A DNA stretch of 64,000 bases from Amoebophrya sp. A120 (taxonomy: Eukaryota; Protista; Dinoflagellata), in assembly GCA_905178155.1 (NCBI GenBank), contig CAJINV010000004.1, forward strand, positions 4,876,619-4,940,618, in the 5' to 3' direction. The position numbers and the translations under genes were made by a program. The notes beneath the pieces are model-generated. The model had not been told where the DNA came from, made no database searches, and saw nothing but the letters and a program-made list of their open reading frames with translations. Positions 12,847 through 24,324 of this stretch are shown piece by piece (the stretch's first letter is position 1; each line of letters opens with the position of its first letter).

Positions 12847-14920
12847 CTTGTTTGCCTACTCAATGTCAACGTCAAGAAAAGATCAGAAGATTAGAACGAC
12901 AAGACTTTAAATCTATTCCCATCTCGTCCGGAACCTTGCCCAGATTTGGCGGTTCGTTCTGCCCCAAACCGCCGGACCAACCTTCTGATTAATTTTTCAC
13001 GACTCGCGTGCTACTCTTGTTACTTAATGCTTATCCAAGAATTAGAAGTTCCTGTCTCCCTCTCTCTCTCCATCAGATGCTAGAAAGAAAAATCTAGCAT
13101 TCATTCACGATGAATATCCAAATTTTACGATGAATGTAGCATAGGCATAGAAGCCGTGCGAAGACTGTCGAGGCGGAGGCACCTTACGATACGTACAAAC
13201 CATCGTCAACAATTACAATGATTTCAACGATGATAATTGAATAAACAATCAGGCTTCTCGCAACTCGTCCTTCTCAAGATCGACGACGCTCAAGCCGGGT
13301 CGAGAAAATCCTTCAATTCGATGACGATGCGTTGTCGATGTGCTGGTGTGACAATCCGAGAGCAAAAGAGTTTAGAAAATTTGCGCTAGAGTTCGGGTCT
13401 TGATGATCGTGTCTGATAAAATTGAAATCAAACTACGACGTCGATGATGAAGGCAATCTGTGCCATTGTGGCTTCTCATCCAACCGCAAAGAACAGGACA
13501 CAGGTTCAGGAATTGTGCAAATCCTGCAAAAAGAGATAGAGACGAGCTCTGTCGCCTGCAAAAAGAGATTGATCAAGCCAGCAAAAAGGCGCTCGGATGC
13601 CGTTATGCGCTTCCACAATCAACTAACAATAACAGCAGACATTTATTTTGGTTTCGCCTTGGGTAACAAGGAAGACAATGACTGCATTTGTTTTCATCTT
13701 GTGTTTCCCATCCGATCGGTGCGCACGTCCTCGATATTTCGCGCTCGCCTGAGCCTCCAGCGCCAAGCGTGGCTGGGACGCCGGCGGGGGACACACACAG
13801 ATTAACACGACTAGTTGTTCAGTCTTCACCGCACAAACACGAACAATTTTGAGCGTAATTGGATTGGTATTTTCTGAACTACAGCATCGAAGCGTTCGTG
13901 ACCTCATCAACAAGATAACGAGAGCTCACCTCGTGCCAGAGCCTGCTGATCCCTATTCATAGGGACGATTGAAGCGCAGCCCGTACGGGGAAAAGCGTCC
14001 TATCCTGTCTAATGTATTCATCCACTCTCTACCGCGACGGCCCTATTGCTTTATCTTTCGCACAATACTAGTAGAGGCTAGCTGCATTGCAGGAAGGCCT
14101 TTGAAAGTTACTAGGAATAGGATCACAAACCGAACCTGCGACGATTGCGACTATCTTCGGGTAAAAGCAGCCACCTTGTTACACCGAGCGCGAGGCTTTT
14201 CTCGCAAGCAGCGACTCGCATAATGCTAATGACCGTAGCGCAACAAAAATGCGTGTATTAAGATGTAGCGACACGACCCCAAGTATGAGGCATTGTCAGC
14301 GCATGTTTGTCGCGGAGGCAGATTCGAAAGAGTTTCATTTTTTTGCATGGTGGAAGTAACAAGTCTAGCTGAAGCTGTTGTAGTCGTAGAAGCCGTTGGA
14401 TGTGCAAATGAGATTATTTGCATGGCTGAAGATGAAGTAGAGTAAAAAGTTTATCTTTTGTTGATACAGTTTCAATTTCAATTTACGCCTCGCGTCATTG
14501 CGTTGTACAAAAATCTTATCTTACATGCCTAAATAGAAAAAGTAAAAGCTAGTAAACGTGTCTTCAATGGTGCACGTAGCATAGCTACAGTGCTGAAGAT
14601 CATTGTTTCGAGCCGGTACGTACTTCCAAAGCGGAAAAATACGTACTAGCGCGGCATCGGAATCAAATCGTATGCTACAAGTACAAATTTAGTGGGACGT
14701 CGTGATACTATCGGAAACTACGAATAAATTAAGGAATCATTGAGAGCTGGGAGGCTACTATTACTACACAAATAAAAGCATAATATATCTTATGTCGCTC
14801 AACATTATAATTATCTTCTATCAGGAGCAACAACAGATCCAGATAATAGATGTCGAGGGCGAGCAGGCCAAGAATGGCGTGGGACTAGTAATGTTTGTTG
14901 TTGGAGATTGATAAATTTCA

Positions 14921-16369
14921 TCAATGCCAGGCCCCTACCCCGCCAAGAGGTGAGAAAAATAACTCCTGACCTCCGCAACCGTCCATGTGTGCGAGAGGTG
15001 GCACTTCTTGTTCCTCTTCAGACTGAGCTGCCTCTTTAGCATCTGGCGTCGTGAACAAGGCCGCCGTCGGGCTCGAGTAATTTCCGGCGCAACTAGAACT
15101 ACTATTGTTATTCCTTGCAGTCCAGTGTGTTCTTGCGCCGATACTACTAGAACTTTGCTGATGTTGTTCATTCTCATGTTGGATTCCTGTGGTGGGTGTA
15201 GTTGCTGTTTTGGTGGTCGGATCCGCTTTCACAAGCGGTGCAACGGCGCTGTTGCTCGTCGAGACCCGTGTCGCATGATTCCCACTCGGGAGGTCCGTGC
15301 ACAAGTCGTGCTGGTCACTATGGCCGTTCTCCCCACTAACACCACTACACCGCCCATCTGGGGCGAAGAGGGGACTGGCCATGCAGCCAAAGTCCGGGGT
15401 CTTCGCTATCTTTCTCGTGTTTTCGAAAATTTCGTCCTCGGTTTTCCTGTGCCTCGCCCCAACCGGAGCCGAAATATTTTGAAGATGCAACGCATCGCCA
15501 CCGTGAAATCCCAAGCTGGCTGGATTTTTTACTGCTGGAAAAACGTCCGGCGCGGTGATGTTTCTCGCGATTCCAGGCTCTAGTAGTGTAAAATGCAGTG
15601 TCGGTTGGGCATGCGAGGGCGGGTCTTCTTGATGTACGAAATTGGAATCAACTACGGGTGCACACTCTCCCGGCGGACTTGGTGTGTTCGGTTCTTGTTG
15701 TTCGCTCACGCAGTGTCGAAGATGTTCTACTCCACAGGGAGAATTGTTTGTCATTACTACCAAAGAATCACAAATCGCACCTGCGCCTCCCAATCCCATA
15801 TTGCTAGCAGTCCCTGTCCCTCCTTCAAGAGCAGAGGGTTCGAGCTCGTTCTTCGCACTGCCCAAGCGCATTGCTCCGGACAAAAGTCCGAACGGTTCTT
15901 GATCTCCTGTGTGCCCCAATACATGCGGGCTCGCTCCTCTTGGTGCAGCGCAGAGGAAGTGTGGGAGTCGTGCTTCTGTATGCGAGAGGTCTTTGCAGCC
16001 GCCGGGATTGCAGCCGGATGTGAATGCACCTGCACGCTCCGCCTCCTGCGCAACTGCTGTAGTACTCGGCTCTCCTTGCTGACTCACGCTCGCCCGATGT
16101 TCATGGGATTCTGCTGCAGATAAAGATGAAGATGATGAGGATGTTGAAAGGTTTGTCATGACTACCGCAGAGACCACATCTGTCGCGGTTGTGCCTCTCA
16201 TCTTGCTGTTCCCTCGCTCCTCTGATTCAAATATGTTGTTTATTTTCTCGGAGCGCAACTTTGTTCCACTTCCACCAAAAAGTCCTGACGGTTCTTGAGT
16301 TCCTATGTGCCCGAGTAGACGTGGTTTTGCTGTTGGTGCTTCATCCGAGAGAAAGTGTGGTAGTTGCAC
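14921..16369 (-). CDS. Hypothetical protein with an internal repeat (LPHFL...LGHxGxQEPxGL twice)
   Basis: 482-aa ORF with a duplicated peptide segment. Confidence 0.45.
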   Translation of the reverse strand: MQLPHFLSDEAPTAKPRLLGHIGTQEPSGLFGGSGTKLRSEKINNIFESEERGNSKMRGTTATDVVSAVVMTNLSTSSSSSSLSAAESHEHRASVSQQGEPSTTAVAQEAERAGAFTSGCNPGGCKDLSHTEARLPHFLCAAPRGASPHVLGHTGDQEPFGLLSGAMRLGSAKNELEPSALEGGTGTASNMGLGGAGAICDSLVVMTNNSPCGVEHLRHCVSEQQEPNTPSPPGECAPVVDSNFVHQEDPPSHAQPTLHFTLLEPGIARNITAPDVFPAVKNPASLGFHGGDALHLQNISAPVGARHRKTEDEIFENTRKIAKTPDFGCMASPLFAPDGRCSGVSGENGHSDQHDLCTDLPSGNHATRVSTSNSAVAPLVKADPTTKTATTPTTGIQHENEQHQQSSSSIGARTHWTARNNNSSSSCAGNYSSPTAALFTTPDAKEAAQSEEEQEVPPLAHMDGCGGQELFFSPLGGVGAWH

Positions 16370-18037
16370 CTGAGACGTGTTCTAGTTTGGATTGAGATGC
16401 TATGTAAGTACTAATTGAGTTGTATACCTAGCCCGTATGAACAAAAGATAATGACAATAAGAAAAACGACAACGAGGCTCCGTTTTTGCATGACCTCACA
16501 TGAACAATATTGGACGAGAGTCCAGTCTTCGCATAGTGCCTACGCATTACAGACCTCACATTCATATCAGGTCTTGTAATCTTCCAGACTCAGAGCCAGA
16601 CAGATTGGCATTTCGTAGCAGCAACGTTCCCATACAGCAATATGAATACATTGAGATTGAACTACTACACGAGCAAAAAGCGAATACTGTATTGCAGTGC
16701 GGCTCCTGCTCCGAAACGCCTGCGCAGGCTCCAGAGACTTCACTTGCTGCTTGGTCGCGTTTGATAAACTTGCGAAGCCTCTCTGTGTCGTAGCCGCCCG
16801 TTGCAAAAATTCCTGCTAACTGCTTTCGCTCTTCCCTGGCATCGGCCTTCGCCGTAACGGAGGTGAATTTTATTTTAGACAGCAGGTTCTTGTCATCGAC
16901 CTGATTGTGCAGAGTGTATGAATCAACAGGGGGTGGAAGACTGCTCGGGAAAGAGGAGAAATACACAACTGGTTACAGGAAGTAAACCTATTCCAATAAA
17001 TCGAAAACAGCAACAACTCAAACTCAAAAAGCTGCTAGAGGACATGGATGACATCAAAGCGAAAGATACAACTTAGACATACGAGTGCCCCCTCAGATGA
17101 AAGTTTATTCATGTATACCCTGGAGCAGAACTCGTCAGTAATGTTCCGGAATTCCAGTTCTTCACTTGCTTTCCGGGCGATTTCTGCTAATGTTGAACTG
17201 CCCTTTTTGGTACTGCACAACTCGAGCTCAAGTCGGCGAATTTGGTATCAACTGCAAACATGTCTCGGTCGAAACACTTGTAATACGCAATGGTCACGAT
17301 TGACGAGTCCGCGTCCGCCTTTAATTAATTGCACTGAAGCGTCTCAAATCGAAACCTTTCGATCGCTTTCTTATGCGCGGCAGCACGCGTTACAAACTGC
17401 GACTTCGCATGGTGAAAGAGAAAGTGTGGCGTTCCTTTTGCTGCTTTATGCAATACAGATTTTCCAGAAATGCAAGAAACGCCATTCTTACAGGCTCAAC
17501 CTATATTCCAGACCCAGAGATCTTTGCAGTGGATATTTGGTCCTTCAGTACCATTCGTTCGGTATCGCCGTCTTCGTTATTTCGCTCCAGCCGATGAACT
17601 TGCCGCTTTAAGTGGGTTACGTGGTTCCTGAGACCTTGGGATACCTGTAGTACTTGCTTGAAGTTAGAGTTGCCTAGGTCATAAATCGTTTTCTAATGCT
17701 CCTGCTGCAGCTGAGCGACCCACCTCTCCGTCTCGCACCTCATGCTTAAGAAGCTCAAAAAATCAAAATTCTCAAGAAAAAATAAAACGACGGCCGCCAA
17801 GAAGAAAGCGCCGGTTGTCACACTCGTTCAGGTGTCAACTAAATAATCTAAGCAAGAAGAAGATGAACAAGCTATATCATCTTACCGGTTAGAACTACTT
17901 TTTCCTTTTTCATAGCAACATCACTAGCTCGCAGCGAACAAATAGCATTGGTGTTCTTGTTTGTTTGTTTGTTTGTTTGTAGTTATGCGTCAAGGTGGGA
18001 ACGCGTTTACTCACCTTTTTTCTCTAGCACATGATCT

Positions 18038-18791
18038 TCAACTTCTATACAAAAACAATGTCAATACATGCTGCTCGGCAACTAGCTCCCTGCTCGCCTT
18101 TCGGAGGGCTCGTTTCAAGTCTTGGATTTGGTCTCTCAGCAACGTTAAAGCGGCATTGGGTTTTCCATTACTCATTGTATGGAAGTGTTAATATCGAAAT
18201 AGCCAAAACTGAAATAGTTTGTCATGTATAAAATGCAAGGCGCACGTGTATAGTGCGTGTCTTGCGAGAATGGCATCACAAGAGGCCGATTTATTTCAGC
18301 CTGCTCAGAGATCATGCACCATGAGCATGACAAAGCGGCCAATCTTCTTTGCATAAGCAGCGTGTCAGACTGGATTTTTTGGGTGGCGGCAAGATTTGTC
18401 ATGCGCCGCTTCGAAGGTAGGTTCCAACACAAGACAACTGGTATCGGCTTTAATTATGCATGACAAATGACTCATAAATATATTTTCATTTACCTTTCTT
18501 GTCTATTTCGAGCCTGAGGCGTCCATAAATCGAAGAGCATCCTAAGCCTGACACCCCGTGAACATTCAGAGTGCGGGAAACTGGTCCAGCTGCAGGAGCT
18601 CCTACTCCCGAACGGCCGTGCCTCGACATGTCTTGATGAACAGAGTCTTCTGATGCAAGTGGTGGCGCGCCAGGAGTCCGTGTCCGTGGCAACAGATCAC
18701 GACCACCAACATAGCCACATGTCGCAAAGGTCGCATCGACGGGGAGGCCCGATATTGTATGCTGTTGCCCAGCACGACCTCGCGTCCCCAT
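18038..18791 (-). CDS. Hypothetical small coiled-coil protein interrupted by a family C element
   Basis: Removing 18178-18527 + 5 nt joins GLGCSSI to SNGKPNAALTLLRDQIQDLKRAL in frame. Confidence 0.4.
18178..18527. mobile_element. TA-TIR intron element, diverged family C (350 bp)
   Basis: Ends resemble those of 42039-44375 and 61770-62083 (GAAATAGTTTGTCATGTATAAAATGC ... AAGATTTGTCATGCGCCGCTT). TSD CATTG/AATCG. Confidence 0.75.
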
Positions 18792-19902
18792 CTTCAACTC
18801 ACACACAACATAGACATCATTTTTTCGTCGGCTTTCGGTGTGCCTGATACTGCCCGAAGGGGGTTTTTCATTTCACATCACTTAAAGGATTTCAATTTCA
18901 CCCATGGCCAACATGTTCTATGATCCTCTACGCTGTCCTCCTCCTCTGCGCTACGGTTACGGCTCGAAAAGGACCACAAAAATGAACCAAATACTCGAAA
19001 GGGCACATAAGTAACCACATCACTGCTGATTACCGATCTTCGGATCTGAATTATTGCTATGAAAATTATCAAGCCAACAGGCCGCGAACCCGAACGCGAA
19101 AGCGACGCTCCTGCTGGATCATCAATGAATTGTAGTCGACCACTGCTCAAGACAACACTCATTCGAATTTGCTCACGATTGAATGCGAACGAATACGACA
19201 CGGAGTGAGCGGTCGAAATCGATTTCGATGCGAACGGAAATAAAGCCAGAAGATGTTCCAGGAAATCAGAGCAGACGAGGCTTGTAGACGACTCAGAGGC
19301 AAACCCACGAGAGTGACACGCATTTGAGCATTCGCTTCGCGACGGCTGCCATATGGATATGTATCAGATAAGAGATGTCGGCCCACGTAGCGCCGTTACG
19401 TTAGCCGGGCTCAATGCAGCAGTCAGGCAACCCTAAGCACCACGTCGCACACATCAGAACAGAAGGGGTAGACAGTAGTAGTAGATCATGTATTTGCGAA
19501 TCAAAGTCAAATAATCAAAAGCGTTTGCTAACATTCGTGCTTCGCGCTTACATGGGAGAGCGCGGGCTCCTGGCGTTGACGTTATTTTTTTCCATATTTC
19601 TTGAAGACCATTGAAAAAATATACAGTAATTTCTTGAAGAATCTGAGGTTGATTTATTTTGTTTTTCAATTTAAAAATTTTTTTTCATAGCCAGATAAGG
19701 ATGAGCCGGCTCTGCACTCTGTCCGTTTTTTATTTTTTCTTCTTCCATACAGAGACAGAAGTAAGTGAGCGCGAAAAATAAGCTAATTGTCTACGTTTTT
19801 TCAACTGCGTCAGACACGTCCATGAAGAAGCACCAGGAGGTATTATCAATCGAACAAGATCATCATCAACATGATTCTACTTGTTGCACGCCCGCAACAG
19901 AT

Positions 19903-20670
19903 TTACGTCAGCGTGTTAAAGTTCGCTACCCCTACCGCCACCCCAGTCCGAGCTGCGACAAGATTGTTCATGTTCACGTCAACACGACGCTCAACTCGCA
20001 TGTTGTGATCGATTCCGTACTCCTGATTGGTGTCGTAGAAAACTGACGATTGCTGGAAAGTTTGCGCCCGCACCATTGCGCGATACCTACCATTCGATTT
20101 CGCGTACGTCTGCGTGTGCTCGTGCAGCGTCTTTTCGGGTGGGTTGTAATCCGCAAATCGCATCAGATGCTTTTGCTCCGGATTATAGGGCGGCTCGGGG
20201 TTCACGACGTAGTAGTGCGCCTCCCGCACTTCTCCGAGATATCAAAGGAAAACGGCTTACAAGGAGCGCACAAATTAAGAAATCTTGAGCTGCAAAGCTT
20301 CCTCGAGGTGACCTCCCAACAAAAAACGATATGCTGCAAGTTCTGCTCCTGTCAATATCCCACCTCAATACCTATCATAATGCATACACAGATATGCAAC
20401 TACGAGTATGTCTATGTATATGCAAATATCGTGCCTCTAGTGCCGGTCTTGCTTGATATCTGACGAATTGCACAAATCCATTGCCACCACCCGGAAAACA
20501 CGACCCTATTCACCAGCGGAATGCTGTCTTCATTCACACCTTCTGGTAGGGGCTTTGGGATGTTGAGGGGAAACTGTTTATGTGGTATCTGCGACGCGTT
20601 TCCGAACACCGACGAAAAATCTTGAAACACCTGCTGCGGCATGTTCTGCTCCAGCACGGTTCGGAAGGTC
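19903..20670 (-). CDS. Hypothetical protein (5' exon further upstream)
   Basis: ORFs 20657-20412 and 20229-19903 join in frame after removing 20240-20458 + 5 nt (WICAIRQ-REVREAHYY). Confidence 0.5.
20240..20458. mobile_element. Degenerate TA-TIR intron element (219 bp)
   Basis: TATCAAAGGAAAACGGC vs rc TATCAAGCAAGACCGGC; flanks CGAGA/TCTGA; frame restored by the +5 rule. Confidence 0.55.
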
Positions 20671-22084
20671 CTGATGAAGTAAGTTTAATCAGTAGTCTTG
20701 TGCTATTGCTAATGCGACAATTGAAGCGAATAATAGCCGAGCCCCCACCATCATCCTCGATTCAAGATCATGCACGGTCAATTGGAATTGTTCTCGATCC
20801 AATTGCTTCAACTTCTTCTTCAAGTGTTTGATTTGGTGCTGGGTAGCATCGCCGACATCTCATCTACTGACGGCTGCGGAGACCATGCAGCCAGGTGTTG
20901 TTAGTTGCGTTGCGGCGCTGTCGCGCTGCACAGCCAGTAGAAAATAGCTTATCACTTATCAGTTTAGCGGCGCGATCTTTTTTAGGTTAAAATGCGACTA
21001 CCTTTATAACGTTACGTAAAAAAGTAAAAGAACACGAGTTGACCAAACGAGAAAAGGTGCGAACTTCAAAGAAAAATAGAATAAACGCCTACCACGGCAG
21101 CTACGACTGCAAAAAGATAAGCAAAGGAAACAAAAACTACCATTCCAGGTGTAGAACGGGCATGATTGAAGCCTGCTGCTACTCTATCTCTACTACCTTT
21201 AAGGCGGGCCACGGTTCGGATGTGGAAACGTACAACCCGCAACAGAAGCGCGGGCCTACTTCGACCTATATGGAATGAAAGTTGCGAAATATTACGAACA
21301 GAAGCTGCTGCACGATCTAGACTTAGGAATCCTTAGCGGTGGTTGTTTGTCTATGCAGATCTAGTACCACATTGGTTGTTCCTTTAGCTTTTTTTAACTT
21401 TTGCGCTAAGTATAGTTTCCGCGTCTTGCTTGATGATTTCGCGACGACCTGGAGATGGCGTCGCCGATAAGAAACTCGACTGCTGGATGCTTCCCTGTGG
21501 TGCAGTGGCTAGGTGTAGTTCATCGGCCTGTGATAATTCATCTATATCTTCAGATTTTTCAGGCCAACGCCAGCCAAAAGCTCCTCGCGATCGCGAACGC
21601 CTCTCGCACACAATGAAGCGCCCTTGGCCCGGACCTTCGCCAAGATACGTAGTGCCACGGCGGCATCTTCGCAGCTGCGCCCGCGGCGGCCCCTGCCTCT
21701 CCTCAAACGAAACGCCGCCCAGCAGCAGTGGCTATCGTGCATTGGCGGACTGGGTTCGCGTCGGTTCCAGAACAAACTGCTCCGTCCAGCATTTCGTACG
21801 TCGTCCGCTTTACGAGAGAGGCAGGCCGCGCGTCTCTGCAGAGTCGAGCTGGCGACTTGCATTACCAGACGAACCAGCTTTAGAGCAAGATGTTGCTGGA
21901 CGACAACCTTCCGGACATAATTTTGTTGCGCAATCCTTCTGTTTGAGAACCACCTCCGGCTACTTACCGCCGTGGTGTCTCGTTCACTGTTGACTCCTGA
22001 AGGGGTCACGCTGGCGGAGTGAGCCCGCTGGCATTACAACTCACCGCCTTCTACTTGCCTTTCATCTTAGTTCTCAATACGCAG

Positions 22085-22773
22085 CTAATAGTGGTCGTGT
22101 TCTACAGAGATTTCACATGGCGGCGCCTGCTCGGAGTCATCTCTAAAACTTCGGTGTCCCTGTAGCTTTTCTGCATTTCAGGTTCTTCTACTTCGTATGA
22201 TAAGACATTATTTATATTGCAAAAGACGGTGAAAGTGAAAGGAGAATAAAAGGTAAACGTACTCGTTTCTCAGTATGATGTCGAGGAGGCCATCTTGTTT
22301 GTTGAATCTCTCCCAATACTCCATGATGATATCCCAGAAGCAAGCTGTGCCGCAGATGATCGCAGCGTCACTCCAATAAATCCATATCTTCCAATATCGA
22401 CATCCAAGAAGAAATAAACTATCCCCACGCAATTTGTCGCGCAAAGGAGCACTAATAGGCAGCTTCAAGGCCAATGCTAGTCAAGCAGAAAATGCATGGA
22501 AGTGGGTCGCTTCTGCTTATATGCTGAATGGGAGGCCACAATCACAAGTGGTGGCTAAGTGTGACAAGTTTCTGAGCTTCTAGCTAGGTGAGCATGACAG
22601 ACTGCGTCTCTGCATCACAGAAATAAAAGAAAACTGGGGCTTTTGGGTAACGTGCATGAGCATTACAGATTTTCTTTCACTTTAGTGTTCTGCTAGCCGA
22701 GCAGCATGACAACTCTTGCATTCTTCCAGACCCAGACATATTTGCATTTGAAGATATTTGCGGCCGCGGCCAT
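22085..22773 (-). CDS. Small single-TM protein, possibly QCR9-like cytochrome bc1 subunit (weak)
   Basis: ATG at 22773 joins ORF 22474-22208 after element removal (MAAAAK-ALKLPISAP). A hydrophobic stretch is followed by YWERFNKQDGLLDI, loosely like the WExxNKGKxxxDI end of QCR9. Probable GT-AG intron near 22262-22173. Confidence 0.35.
22478..22756. mobile_element. TA-TIR intron element, diverged family D (279 bp)
   Basis: Right end CCAGACCCAGACATATTTGCATTTGAAGATA; interior similar to 63101-63352 (TGGGTAACGTGCATGA); flanks AATGC/TTTGC; left TIR decayed. Confidence 0.7.
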
Positions 22774-23969
22774 CTTACAACTGCAATAAGATTGGAAAGA
22801 CACACACACACACACACTAACGGCCAGTGACGGCACAGCTTTCGTGCGCGATAAAGTTTGTAGACCGTGCAATATCGCAGGAAAAAAGCGAAGGCAGTAC
22901 TTATTGTCACAGTATCTATATCTTAATTTTACTAATTACACCAGACCTGTTTTTCGTTTCTTCTGCACAGCATGCAGTGGGCCTCTAGCTATTATCATCA
23001 ACATACTCCCGCCTAGAAGCTGCGTGATGTGACTAATGCAAAGTCGCAGCGCGGGATCTTTTGACGAAGGGCCGTGCTCTTAACGAAGAGCCTGCCCACC
23101 TCCATCGTTGGGTTTGGTTTCAACTGCTCACCCTTTCGGTGCAGATGCCTACTTCAGATGCGAAGTGCGCATGCAATGTGCGTGTTGAATACTATATCGC
23201 GGAGTTTTTTCACTCGGAGTGAAGATTTTCCTCGAACCTCTACCAACCAAAGAAGAGCGCCCGAGTGTGTGATGCACGTTCTTTGAGACATTTGCAAGCC
23301 GGAGCGTTTGTGACGATGCTGCAATGCGACGCACTGCCTTCTGAAATCCGATATATAGAGGAGAAATGAGTGAACACAGGGAATTGGAATACTCCTCGGC
23401 CCAAGAAAAATCCCCCTCGTACTCCTGTGCCATGCCAATTTATGAGTGTGATGCTCGCTCCTTTTGTCATCCTTAAGACACTTCTGCGCTAGTTCCCCTA
23501 GTGAGGAACCAGGCTTACGGACGCTACGGGTCCGTGGGGTGGGTGCACAAAGCACAAGGTGCGGCATTGAGCGCCAGATCGATCCTGTCGGGAGATGGCA
23601 GAGGACAAGGACCAGCGACGCTACCAGTACCCCTACCCGTAGGCCCAAGAAGGAGTCTGCTAATCACAATGTGGTTGCAAAAATGCGCGTACGCCGGTGA
23701 GTCCAAACGGACACCCCCTAGGCTGGGCACTACACTTGGTCTATTCATGAGAAAACGGCTTCTACGGATTGCCACTGTCACGAGGATGGGAAAATAACCC
23801 GCCCGAACACTACAGGCCCCGAGGGCCCGGCCACTGGCTCTCGGCAACTCCGCCAACCAGTTGCAGCAACGTGCATATTTCTGCGATATTTTGCGGCAAG
23901 GGCAACAACTACTTTGCCCGGACGACGGGGCCCAAGTCTTTCACAGTCGCGCCACCGTTCGTCCTCCGG

Positions 23970-24324
23970 TATCAAGTGCAAATATGTCTGGGTCTGGGAG
24001 ATTGGGGTAGTTTCAGTTTGTCATGCGAAATTGTACATGACAGACCCACACCACGTTGCCACCTGTAATGCATGCTAAAGAATCACACCTCTCGGAAAGG
24101 GTTGATTAATATGCCCCTCCTGCATGAGAAGTGCGCTCTTGCGGTGGCAAAAATCTAAGCGCCTGTTGCTGCTCATGCAATGCAGTTTTTTGTAGTTGAG
24201 AAGTTGCTGCTCCTGCATGAGAAGTTGCTGCTCATGCAATACAGTTTTTTGTAGCATACAAAGGTAGCACCATCACAAATCTCGTTTTTTCCTCCAGAGG
24301 ACCCAGACATATTTACAATGCATA
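23970..24324. mobile_element. TA-TIR element family D with internal duplication (355 bp)
   Basis: TATCAAGTGCAAATATGTCTGGGTC ... GACCCAGACATATTTACAATGCATA; TSD TCCGG/TCTGG; TGCTGCTCATGCAATxCAGTTTTTTGTAG occurs twice. Confidence 0.85.

Noticed and set aside
23154-23300. HIACALRI as a MULE/hAT CxxH transposase signature
   Set aside because: The His is missing, a stop follows and no DDE context was recognised; too weak.
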